Position numbers and translations under genes: made by a program
In this document: one piece after another, positions 29,666 to 38,992 of the stretch
Layout of the letters: each line of letters begins with the position of its first letter
How positions within the stretch are numbered: the first letter of the stretch is position 1
Assembly (NCBI GenBank): GCA_963828525.1
Contig: CAWHEP010000005.1
Coordinates: forward strand, 96,001 to 160,000
Direction of reading: 5' to 3'
Length of the DNA: 64,000 nt
From: an uncultured Verrucomicrobiae bacterium
GTDB lineage: Bacteria > Verrucomicrobiota > Verrucomicrobiia > Chthoniobacterales > Chthoniobacteraceae
The notes under the pieces: model-generated
Seen by the model: only the letters and a program-made list of their open reading frames with translations
The model's database searches: none
Told to the model about the DNA's origin: nothing

Positions 29666-30716
29666 ATGCTTTCAACACTCAAGCTCAGGCAGTTTCGATG
29701 TTTTGCCTCGATGGACGCGGAGTTTGCTCCCGGCATGACTGTCATCCGTGGCGCGAATGCCCAAGGCAAATCGTCTCTCCTTGAGGCCGTCTGCATTATG
29801 CTGCGCCTGCAGTCTTCCCGCGTTTCTTCGCTCGCCGAAACGATTCGGCACGATGCCGCCGGCTTCCTTCTGGACGGCTGTTTTCACCAAAGTCACCTGC
29901 AGTTCTTCTTTAGTCCAAAGCGGAAGAAATTGGCGATCGACTCGGTCGAGCAGCAGTACTGCGAGGGAATACCTGAAGCTGGGTCGGGTCGTATTCTTTT
30001 CGAATCGTGACGCCGACATTGTGCGCGGATCCGCCGAGAAGCGCGCCGCCGGTTCCTGGATTTCTCCGGCCCTCAGGTTGATTCCGGTTACCGCGCTCAG
30101 TTGCGGAACTTCGAAAAGGCGCTCCGCTCTCGTAATATGCTCCTCAAGGAACCGCGCCCGAACCTGAAGCAGATAACCGCATTCGATGTTCCCCTCGCCA
30201 TGGCGGCTGAGTCGATAACGATTGTGAGGCAACGCATCGTCGAGGGATCTGCGGCCCCATGCCGCGCTGGCCCACAGAGCCATCAGCCTGTCAACGGAAA
30301 CCCTCTCGATGCGATACCAGAGTGGCAGCGGCGAAGATTATCGCGCCCGCCTGGAGGAACAGCGTCACGAAGATCTGCGCCTTCGTCAGACGACGGTGGG
30401 GCCGCATCGCGACGAAATCCGCTTCAGTGTCAACGGGAGGGGCGCGGAGTTCGCTTCCGAAGGCCAGCAGCGCACCATGGCAATTTCGCTGAAACTCGCG
30501 CTTGCAAGACTCCTTGCGCAGGAAGGCAGCGCCTCTCCCGTTCTTCTCATCGACGACGTCTTTGGTGAACTTGACTTTGCGCGACGCGGAGCATTTTTAG
30601 GTGAACTGCCCGCCGCCTCGCAAAGGATTATCACGACCACCCACATGGGATGGTTGGAGGCCGACCATAAGCCCCTCATCTATGAATTGGCGGATGGAAA
30701 GCTGCTTGAAGGCTGA
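29666..30716 (+). CDS. recF: DNA replication/repair protein RecF (several frameshifts)
   Basis: LRQFRCF, GANAQGKSSLLEA, GPHRDE, ASEGQQR, LLIDDVFGELD, IITTT. Confidence 0.93.
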
Positions 30717-30785
30717 TCAGTTGTTTGACACGATGCGTCTGTCGGTTAATGGAAGCTGCGCCAATTGAGGACACTAGAACTTTTC

Positions 30786-31388
30786 ATGCGCTGGCTGCCC
30801 CGGCCTCAAGCCAGGGCTTCTGAGGCGCGAGGTGAGTGGCAAACTGAGGCCCCGCCTCCCCGAGCATGGTGGCTTCTCGCGTTTTGCGCTCTCGCTTTTA
30901 TTCCCACAGCCGCCGCCGCCGCGCCGACCGACGAGATCAAGCCTCCTTTCGGCCTTCAGTGGGGTGAATCTTCCGATCACCTCGAGACGCTGCTCAAGGG
31001 AGTCAAAGCCACAATAGTCGAAAAGCGGGATATGGGTGACAGGGTTGCCTGGACGGTTGAAGGGCTTACGCAGGCGTTCCTGCGCAGGACCATCTTCTAC
31101 TTCAAAACGGGAATGCTTATCGAGGTCGAGTTGCAGTACCAGAACCCGCAATGGGATAACATGAAGTACGACGAATTCATGGGGCAGGTGCGCCAGAGGA
31201 TCGAGCAGAAGTACGGAGCGGGCCAATTGATCGCCCGATCAAAAACCCCGGAGGATGGAAACATCATGCAGACCGTTGTGGGTTATAAGTGGAACCAGAA
31301 CAACACTGCCATCCAGCTTTTCTACTTCTCCGCGGAAAATGCCACCCAGATCTTCCGCACCGTGAGCGTGCATTATAAGACGTATTGA
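30786..31388 (+). CDS. Hypothetical exported protein
   Basis: Clean ORF with a signal-like segment WWLLAFCALAFIPTAAAA followed by PPFGLQWG. The start is uncertain (30765 TTG is possible). Confidence 0.7.
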   Translation: MRWLPRPQARASEARGEWQTEAPPPRAWWLLAFCALAFIPTAAAAAPTDEIKPPFGLQWGESSDHLETLLKGVKATIVEKRDMGDRVAWTVEGLTQAFLRRTIFYFKTGMLIEVELQYQNPQWDNMKYDEFMGQVRQRIEQKYGAGQLIARSKTPEDGNIMQTVVGYKWNQNNTAIQLFYFSAENATQIFRTVSVHYKTY

Positions 31389-31422
31389 GGCAGGAACGCC
31401 CCCGTCCAGGCATCCGGAAACT

Positions 31423-31992
31423 TCACTTGCTTGAGCCGCTGCCCTCCCGTTGCATGCGCTTCAGGCGGCTTCCAAGGCTGACTTTTGTCGCCGAATTCAT
31501 CCTGTCGATAAAGAGGATGCCATTCAGGTGATCCACCTCGTGCTGCAGCGCCCGCGCGAGCAGACCTGTCGCCCCGAATTCCACGATGCGACCGTCGAGT
31601 AGTTGCAGAGTCGCCTTCACGTAGGCCGACCGGTCGATGTCCGCCGTGATGTCGTGAAAACTTAGGCATCCCTCCAGTCCGACCTCCTGTTGTTTGCTCA
31701 GCTCCAGCCGCGGGATTCACGAAGATCAGCGGCATCCATTCATCCAGATTCACCGGCTGGCCATTGATCTCCATGGTACTGGGCCGGTCTTCGGACGCGT
31801 TCGAGACATCGACTATCGCGAGTTGCAATGCCGTACCCACCTGCTGGGCTGCCAGTCCCACGCCATTCGCCGCGCGCATGCTCTCCAGCATATCACTCGG
31901 CCAGCTTCTCACCTTGCCCCGTCGATCTCCTTCACGCGCTTTCCCTTCGCCCGCAGCACCGGGTTCCCGTATTGCACAATCTCCAGAATCAT
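31423..31992 (-). CDS. def: Peptide deformylase (frameshifted)
   Basis: MILEIVQYGNPVLR, GVGLAAQQVG, INP-like FVNP, EGCLS and ARALQHEVDHLNGILFID across frames. Confidence 0.93.
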
Positions 31993-32399
31993 TTTTTCTC
32001 CATGAATGCCGGGAATGTTCTTCACACCCGCTTCTTTGAGGATGTCGAGAACGTTGATGATAAGCCCGAACGGGGCATTCGTATCCGCATTGATCGCCAG
32101 CGACCGATCTGGCGTCGCTGTTCATCAGGCCTTGCACCGCCGTCTTGAGATCATCCAGAGCCACTGGCTTGCTCTCAAGGAAAAGCCTTTCCTTTTCCGA
32201 AATGGTGAGCACCATCGGCTCGGATGTGTTCGGAACCGCCATCGCCGGACTTGGATTCAGGGAGCTTGATCACGACCTGCGGCTGCTCGCGCCTGAAGGT
32301 GGTGGTGACGATCACGAAGATCAGCAGGATCGCCAGGATGTCGATCAGCGAGACAATGATGACCGTCGGCAGCCGCCGCTTCCGCGAATAGAATCTCAC
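31989..32399 (-). CDS. exbD: Biopolymer transporter ExbD/TolR (frameshifted)
   Basis: GTG start, IVSLIDILAILLIFVIVTTTF, IKLPES. Translationally coupled to both neighbours. Confidence 0.85.
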
Positions 32400-33106
32400 A
32401 GAATTCCCTGGAACTCGCCGGAGGGTTCGCTCCTGGACGGCAGTCCGCTTCTGCTGCTGGTGGTAGCATTTCGCCAGGAGGTCGGCGATGAGGGACTCCA
32501 TCTCGACAGCCATCGTCTCGACCTTCTTGGAGAAATAGCTGTAGGCGATGAGGCTCGGGATCGCGATGGCCAGGCCGACAATGGTCGTGCTGAGCGCCTC
32601 CGAGATGCCCTTCGCAATCACCCGCGGATCTGTGCCAGCGGCGCTCTCGCCGAGGGTGGCGAAGACCGAGACAAGGCCGGAAACCGCCCCCAGCAAACCC
32701 AGCAAGCGGGGCGATGCCGACAATGATCTCCAGGACGACCAGCCCGCTCTCCAGGTGATTTATCTCGTGGCGCGCGCGTGTCTGCACCGCCTCGACATTC
32801 TCGGACTTCGGCCACTGCAAGATGCTGCAGTCCCACCTCCACAATCCGCGCCAGCGGCGACGAGTCGCCTCGCACGAGCCGGGCCAGCCTCACGACTGAC
32901 GTCCGCCCCCGCCGACGGCTGAAACTCCTCGATCTCCTTCTCGATGATCTGGGGAATGACCATCCGCGCCGCAACGCGATGGCGCGCATGAGGATAACAG
33001 CGAGCGACACCACCGAGCAGATCGCGAGCGGTATCATGAAGAAGCCGCCCTGGAGGAAGAAGTGCAGCACCGACTGCGCGGATGCCTTGGTAACGGGAAT
33101 GGTCAT
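32396..33106 (-). CDS. exbB: MotA/TolQ/ExbB proton channel protein (frameshifted)
   Basis: GGFFMIPL, IAP.LGLLGAVSGL, IAKGISEALSTTIVGLAIAIP. Confidence 0.88.
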
Positions 33107-33130
33107 GAGTAAAAGGGCGCGCCGGCGGCA

Positions 33131-34318
33131 TTATTCTGGGTAGATGGTAAACGTGTAGTCCACCTCAAGTCGTCCATTCTCCAGTTTTGGAGCGAGGTCT
33201 CCGGGCAAGTGCGGGCAGATCGGCTTCAATGATGGATTGGACTGAGAAGTCGCCAAAGGCGGAATTCGCGGAATTGGCCAGAATCTTCACGTCCTCCACA
33301 TGTCCTTTTTCATTGATGTAGAATTTAATATGAACGCTGCCGACGCTAATCAAACTCATTTGTTGCCCGATGTAGTAGTACCAGCGTGAGCCAATGGCGT
33401 CGGCAATCCGCTTCCGGTACCGGCCCAGCGGAGTGCTGGCCGCGTCCAGTCCGGGCTTCGCGCCTCGATTGGAGATGGAGCCCTCGACTCGCGTTTCCTC
33501 GGTGTTCGATTGATAGACGGGCCTCCTCGGACGCCGTGGCGCCGGGGTCGCCATCATTGCCAAAGTCTGCTCGGGCGTCTCTTGCTGGACAGTTCGCAGC
33601 GGAGTGGGTCGCGGGATTTCATCCAAAGGCGTTTCCGACGCGCTGGCCGATGGCTCGGGAGACGCTGGCGGGCGGAAGGCGAGGGCGCCTGGAGATGGCT
33701 CAGCCGTAGACAGCGGAATCGGACGAGGGGTTGGCCGCGCTCGCGACTACGGGCCGGGGGGTCTGTTCTGGCGTGGACGCGGCGGTGGGCGTAGGGGCCG
33801 GAGTGACGGTTTGCGCCGGCTTCGCTGTGGGCTTTTTTGCAGGACTTTTTCTGAATTTTTTGCTCGGGCGCGGGAGCCATCTCAAGCTGCGGAGGCTCAT
33901 TCAGCGGGCCCAACGAAAAGTTTTTTGTTTCAAATTCCGGCGCCGCGCGTTCTTTTCCTTCCTGACTCGGGGCCGGCGCCCGCCCTGTGGGAGCGAGCTT
34001 GCTGGCCGCCGCGGAATTAACATCGGACTCAAACAGCGGATGAGCGGGAGCCTTGTCCGCCGTTGCCAGCCCGGAGGAGTCGATGGCTATCGGTTTCGGC
34101 GTGGGAGTGGCGAACAGCGGGGCAAGGCGCGGGGTCGGAGACGGCGTCGGGGCCATGATGGTCACGACGATCTGTCGCGAGGGTTGCGTCAACGCGGACA
34201 TCGGGCGGGCAATTCCATGGGACGACCCCCAGATCATCAAAAGAACAAGCGCGATCGCGTGCAGGAGGACGGAAGCCACCAGTGCCGCTGTGACTTTCTT
34301 GCGCTCTGAGACCTTCAT
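33131..34318 (-). CDS. TonB/TolA-like energy transducer (frameshifted)
   Basis: N-terminal TM with SVLLH, a long Pro/Thr-rich linker, and a C-terminal domain YRKRIADAIGSRW...IKFYINEKGHVEDVKI ending EVDYTFTIYPE. Confidence 0.78.
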
Positions 34319-35034
34319 TAACCGTTCTCTGCGCGGATGGGACGCACGATCCCGGCAAGCATCTCGCCCATCGCCTCGTACACTGACACGCGGGCGCACC
34401 ACGCGATATCCTCTGCTCGACCATGCGCCTTCAGCACATGTCCGTTTCTCGATGCGGTTAGCGCGGCGAGGCCGTCTCCCCTGTAACGCTTAAACACAGA
34501 GGTGGCGATCCCAGCCGCGTCGGTGAGGTCCGCGCCACGCAGCGCCTCGCACAGCATGCCCGCCGCGAATACATCTTCAAGTGCCGAGTCCCGAAATGTG
34601 CCAGCGCACACGAGCAGCAGTAAAGCTTCGGAGGAAAGGGCGGCCGCCAGCGCTTTCATGTTGAGTAACGCGCCGGCGAAGACCCGCGCTGCCCCTTCAC
34701 AGGCTCGGAGGGCGATGGTGCCATTCGTCGTGGTCGTGATGATGCGGCGAGGCATATCTCCCGCATACTCGGCGGGAGAGTTTCCCAAGTCGAATCCTTC
34801 GATCTTATCACCGTGCCGCTCGCCACCAAGCAGCGCGCCCGGAAACTTCGAACGCAACGAAAAAGCTTCCTCGATACTCCGCGCCGGGTAAACCTCCTGC
34901 GCGCCGTGCTCAAGCGCCGTCACGATGGAGGAGGTGGCGCGCAAGATATCGAAGACGACGCACACCGTGTCGCGCAAATCTTTTTGGGGGAGCAGGTCGA
35001 TCTCGGCGGGTGAGAGGATCACATCGATTTTCAT
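34318..35034 (-). CDS. comB: 2-phosphosulfolactate phosphatase family protein
   Basis: VVFDILRATSSI, GGERHG, FDLGNSP, TTTNGT, ALEDVFAAG. Confidence 0.92.
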   Translation of the reverse strand: MKIDVILSPAEIDLLPQKDLRDTVCVVFDILRATSSIVTALEHGAQEVYPARSIEEAFSLRSKFPGALLGGERHGDKIEGFDLGNSPAEYAGDMPRRIITTTTNGTIALRACEGAARVFAGALLNMKALAAALSSEALLLLVCAGTFRDSALEDVFAAGMLCEALRGADLTDAAGIATSVFKRYRGDGLAALTASRNGHVLKAHGRAEDIAWCARVSVYEAMGEMLAGIVRPIRAENG

Positions 35035-35912
35035 CGCCGCCCAGCCCTGCCGGGTTTCGTCCGCTGCCGCGGAAGCGTCTTTCGGGCGTGATGAAAAAGG
35101 TATTGTTGGGCGTAGCCGCCAAATTCCCCGAAGTAGGTTTGGGTGAACTCCTTCATCCTCGCGGCGGTCACGTTTCGTTTCCGCTTGAAGTAAGTATCCC
35201 GCAGGACACGTTCGATCCACACGTCGATCGGGAATGCCCGCAGCCGCTCGAACGCGAATAGCAGCACGCAGTTCGCGATCTTGGGACCGACTCCGGGCAG
35301 TTCACACAATCTGCGGAGCGCTTCGGCGTCGTCCACATCCCGCAGAGCTTCAAGGTCGATGCCGCCGTTCGCGACTACGCGCGCGGTTCCCAGTAGATGC
35401 TTCGCCCGGTAGCCGAGCCTGCAATTTCGCAACTGCTCCTCGGTTACAGCCGCGAGGCGGGTTGCCGATGGGTACGCTGGCATCTCGCCATCGTACCGTC
35501 CCGTGCCATATGCGTCGCGAATCTTCCGGGATATCTGCCGGATGTGCGGAACCTGTTTCAGTGAGGAAGTAATAAAAGTGGCGATGCATTCCCATGCGGG
35601 CTGTCGGATGATGCGGAGTCCGCGGCAATACTCAAGCGCCTTGCCCATCGCCGGGTCACTCGGAAAACTGCGATAAATCTCAGGAAGTGGGTGATCGAGC
35701 GCAAAATAGTGGCGCGCTACACCTTCCAGCCCAGCGGTAACGAAGAGTTTCTCGCCATCCTGCTCGACGTATAATCGCGCCTGTCCCACGGTGCCGGAGT
35801 AGCCTTTCCCGACCGGCTGCCAGTGGAACACCTGGCCTGAATCGAGCGTCAATCCCAGGTTGAAATCAGGCGCGCTGATCGCCGACAACGCTCCGCGTCC
35901 CCCGGCGCTCAT
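35031..35912 (-). CDS. 8-oxoguanine DNA glycosylase (OGG1-like, HhH-GPD)
   Basis: TLDSGQVFHW, GLRIIRQPAWE, LGYRAK, LPGVGPKIANCVLLF, FPIDVW, GGYAQQYLF. Confidence 0.92.
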   Translation of the reverse strand: MSAGGRGALSAISAPDFNLGLTLDSGQVFHWQPVGKGYSGTVGQARLYVEQDGEKLFVTAGLEGVARHYFALDHPLPEIYRSFPSDPAMGKALEYCRGLRIIRQPAWECIATFITSSLKQVPHIRQISRKIRDAYGTGRYDGEMPAYPSATRLAAVTEEQLRNCRLGYRAKHLLGTARVVANGGIDLEALRDVDDAEALRRLCELPGVGPKIANCVLLFAFERLRAFPIDVWIERVLRDTYFKRKRNVTAARMKEFTQTYFGEFGGYAQQYLFHHARKTLPRQRTKPGRAGRR

Positions 35913-36526
35913 CGAATGAAATAGCTGAGGTATTCGAGTTCGATCGCGAGATCGACATTGTTCACCACGACCCCTTCCGCGACTTGTAGGATCACCGGCG
36001 AAAAGTTGAGCATCGCCTGAATGCCGGCCTCGACAAGCTGATTGGTCACCTCCTGCGCCGCCGTCGCTGGCACCGCAACAATGGCCATTTTGATCTCCTT
36101 CTCACGGACGAAAGCGTTCAGCTTGTCCATTCCAAGGCAGCGAATCTTCAGGTCTGGGAATGGATCTTTCGGCTCGGCATCAAACGCGGCGGTAATCTCG
36201 AAACCCTCCTTGGCAAAACCCTGATACTTCAGCAGAGCGGAACCGAGATGTCCCAGGCCGACGAGAATTACTGGCTGCAGACGCGAATTTCCGAGCACTT
36301 CCGTCACTCGCGCGCTGAGGGCTTCCACGTCATACCCCAGCCCCCGCGTCCCAAACTGTCCAAAGTACGTGAGATCCTTTCGCAGTTGAGTCGGCTTTAC
36401 TCCGGCCGCTTTCGCCAGCGCCGCGGAAGATACTGTCGCAACCCGGCTATCCCGCAATCGTTGCAAACTGCGATGGTATAGCGACATGCGATACACCGCT
36501 TTTCGGGGGACAACCAGCTTCGACAT
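35909..36526 (-). CDS. rex: Redox-sensing transcriptional repressor Rex
   Basis: RMSLY, QLRKDLTYFGQFGTRGLGY, VGLGHLGSAL, LNFSP. Confidence 0.96.
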   Translation of the reverse strand: MSKLVVPRKAVYRMSLYHRSLQRLRDSRVATVSSAALAKAAGVKPTQLRKDLTYFGQFGTRGLGYDVEALSARVTEVLGNSRLQPVILVGLGHLGSALLKYQGFAKEGFEITAAFDAEPKDPFPDLKIRCLGMDKLNAFVREKEIKMAIVAVPATAAQEVTNQLVEAGIQAMLNFSPVILQVAEGVVVNNVDLAIELEYLSYFIR

Positions 36527-36594
36527 CTTGTGAAAAATAACTTGTTGGGCACTTAGGGTCAAACCGTGATAAATTCATTGCCGCGTTTAAGCCA

Positions 36595-37374
36595 ATGAGG
36601 AAACCCACGATTTCAGAGGATGAACCTCTCGCAAGCCAGGCCATTCGGATAAACCGATTCCTCGCCGCGGCGGGACTGGGATCACGGCGCGGCTGCGAAG
36701 AGCTGATCAGATCTGGGCAGGTTACGATCAATGGCAATCTCTGCTCAGACCTTGCAACGAAGGTCGCTCCCGGTGATTACGTGAAGGCGAACGGACGTCT
36801 TATCAAAACCGAGAAGGCCATGAGCGTGTTGTTCTATAAACCCAGGGGACTTATCTGCACGCGAACGGATGAGCACGACCGGGGAACGATTTTCGACGTG
36901 TTGCCGAGGCAGTGGCCCCGGTTGTCGCACGTCGGCAGGCTGGATAAGGAAAGCGAAGGATTACTGATCCTGACCAATGATGGCGCCCTGTCGCTGCGTC
37001 TAACCCATCCGCGCTATAAAGTTGAAAAGGAGTACGAAGTGCTCCTTGACAAGGCCTTCGATAACGCGCTTCTGCCGAAACTGTTGAAAGGCATGTCTAC
37101 CGAAAGCGGGTGGGCCAAAGCCGAGAAAGCGCATGTGGTATCGCCCAAGCGTCTCAAACTTACCCTGCGGCAGGGCTTGAAGCGTCAGATTCGCCTCATG
37201 TTCTACGCGCTTGGCTACGAGGTGGAAGGCCTGCGCCGCATCCGCATTGGCACGCTGCGACTTGAGGGCCTAAAGCCGGGAGAGTGGCGCTTCCTGAGCG
37301 ACAAGGAACTCGACACCTTGAAAAAGGTGGGCGAACCGCCTGCCCGCCGCGCCCCCGCCGCTGCTACTGTGTGA
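36595..37374 (+). CDS. rRNA pseudouridine synthase (RsuA/RluB family, S4 domain)
   Basis: RINRFLAAAGLGSRR, YKPRG, VGRLDKESEGLLILTNDG, KRQIR. Confidence 0.95.
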   Translation: MRKPTISEDEPLASQAIRINRFLAAAGLGSRRGCEELIRSGQVTINGNLCSDLATKVAPGDYVKANGRLIKTEKAMSVLFYKPRGLICTRTDEHDRGTIFDVLPRQWPRLSHVGRLDKESEGLLILTNDGALSLRLTHPRYKVEKEYEVLLDKAFDNALLPKLLKGMSTESGWAKAEKAHVVSPKRLKLTLRQGLKRQIRLMFYALGYEVEGLRRIRIGTLRLEGLKPGEWRFLSDKELDTLKKVGEPPARRAPAAATV

Positions 37375-37735
37375 ACTCGAACTCTTTGAGGACGGTATCA
37401 CCCGAACCGAGGGTGTAGCTCAGCCGCTTTTCGCGCGTTCGGTCTTTGTCGTCATACGCAAGGCGCAGCGTCCACCAGCCCCACCGACTCTTCGCGCGAC
37501 AGACATCGCCCGATACCCCGTGCTGGCTCTGATCTATATTCGGACACTCGCCAGCCACCGCCGCTTTCGGATCGCCGACCTTCACCTTATCCCAAGCTAT
37601 TGGGTAAGGAAAAATGGAACGAGCGCGCGACACATCACTCATTTCGTAGGTCACCGCTATCAAACCACAGAGCAGCACAAGGAGAACGGATAAGCAGACG
37701 CCGATTACAATTTCGATCTTACGAGTGATGGACAT
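37364..37735 (-). CDS. Hypothetical membrane-anchored protein
   Basis: N-terminal hydrophobic helix followed by a small globular domain (WDKVKVGDPK). Confidence 0.65.
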   Translation of the reverse strand: MSITRKIEIVIGVCLSVLLVLLCGLIAVTYEMSDVSRARSIFPYPIAWDKVKVGDPKAAVAGECPNIDQSQHGVSGDVCRAKSRWGWWTLRLAYDDKDRTREKRLSYTLGSGDTVLKEFEFTQ

Positions 37736-37991
37736 TTTTGGGGGGGCAGCACGACTTGGGCAATTAATTTGCATCGCCGAACCGTTCTTTACCAGCCCAA
37801 ACGACACCGCAAAAACGCTTGCCGAATCGGCTCAGATTAAATCACTTCGAAGCGGCGGATGAGAAGGGAGGGCTCAAGAATCGCTGCCTCATATTCGATG
37901 ACACCGAAGCCTCCAAGGGCGCATGCACTGGTACTATCAACAGGCTGTCATTTGACCGCTCTGCTCTGGTAATATTCCTCACATTCCCCTC

Positions 37992-38789
37992 ATGCGCCTC
38001 GTCCAACCATCCATTTTTCTTCCGCGAAAGCCGCCTGCGAAGGCTCCCTTCCCAGGGAGGAACATTGCACGGTCTGTTCTCGTTCTCCTGGCCTTCTGCG
38101 CCGTCGCTGCCACGGTGACAAACGGGGCCGAGCCGATGACCCTGACCGCCACGCGCGATCTCAACGGGGCGCGGCCAGCTGAGACCATCGCCGTGCCGCC
38201 CGTTCCCGCCACGCCGCCGGCTGGCAGCGTGTCGCTCTGGAACGGTCGTGACCTGTCTGGTTGGGTCGTTTTCCTGAAAAACAACGCATCACCGCCGCCG
38301 GAATTTTTCAAGGCAAGCGACGACGGCGTGCTCCGCTTCGCCGCGAAGAGCACGGGCTATGCGCGCACCCGACAGTCGTTCACGAACTACCACCTCCACG
38401 TGGAATACCGCTGGCCGGACAAGATTGCCAACAGTGGTATCTTCGTCCATGTCCGCGCTCCGGACGCGCTCTGGCCGTATAGCGCGCAGAGCAACCTGAG
38501 GCTCGACATGAGCGGAGATCTTATTCCGCAGGGCGGCTTTACGTTCAACGGCAGCACGGAAACTGTAAAAAAATCCGGCGCGTTCAACGAAAAACCGGCG
38601 GGCGAATGGAACGGCTGCGACATTTTCTGCCGCGAGGATTCCATCGAGGTGTTCGTCAACGGCGAGCGCAAGAATTTTGTTGAGAAAATCTCCGCAAACT
38701 CCGGCGGCATCGCGTTGCAGCTCGAAGGCGCGCCGATTGAATTCCGCAATCTCTGGCTGCAAGAGCTTGCCCCTCCGAAGAAAAAATGA
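37992..38789 (+). CDS. DUF1080 / 3-keto-disaccharide hydrolase family exported protein
   Basis: SLWNGRDLSGW, NYHLHVEYRW, NSGIF, GEWN, GGIALQLEGAPIEFRNL. Confidence 0.9.
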   Translation: MRLVQPSIFLPRKPPAKAPFPGRNIARSVLVLLAFCAVAATVTNGAEPMTLTATRDLNGARPAETIAVPPVPATPPAGSVSLWNGRDLSGWVVFLKNNASPPPEFFKASDDGVLRFAAKSTGYARTRQSFTNYHLHVEYRWPDKIANSGIFVHVRAPDALWPYSAQSNLRLDMSGDLIPQGGFTFNGSTETVKKSGAFNEKPAGEWNGCDIFCREDSIEVFVNGERKNFVEKISANSGGIALQLEGAPIEFRNLWLQELAPPKKK

Positions 38790-38992
38790 AACCGCATTAT
38801 TTCCCTTTGCCCGCGGAAACCAACACGCTCGCCGGAGGTTTCCTGACGTTGCCCAGCCACAAGGAAACCGGCACGAGCTTCTTCCTTGAACGGCGCGAAA
38901 CGGGGTGAAATGACCTCGGCGCGCTGCCTGCGAGTGGTTTTTAAATCTATTAACTCTCTCGCTCCTGCGCGAGCCCACGGAAAATTTATCCG

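Noticed and set aside
28305..33200. Programmed frameshifting or genuine pseudogenes in hisS, recF, def and exbBD
   Set aside because: The indels are numerous, go in both directions and lack consistent slippery sites. Sequencing error is the simpler explanation.
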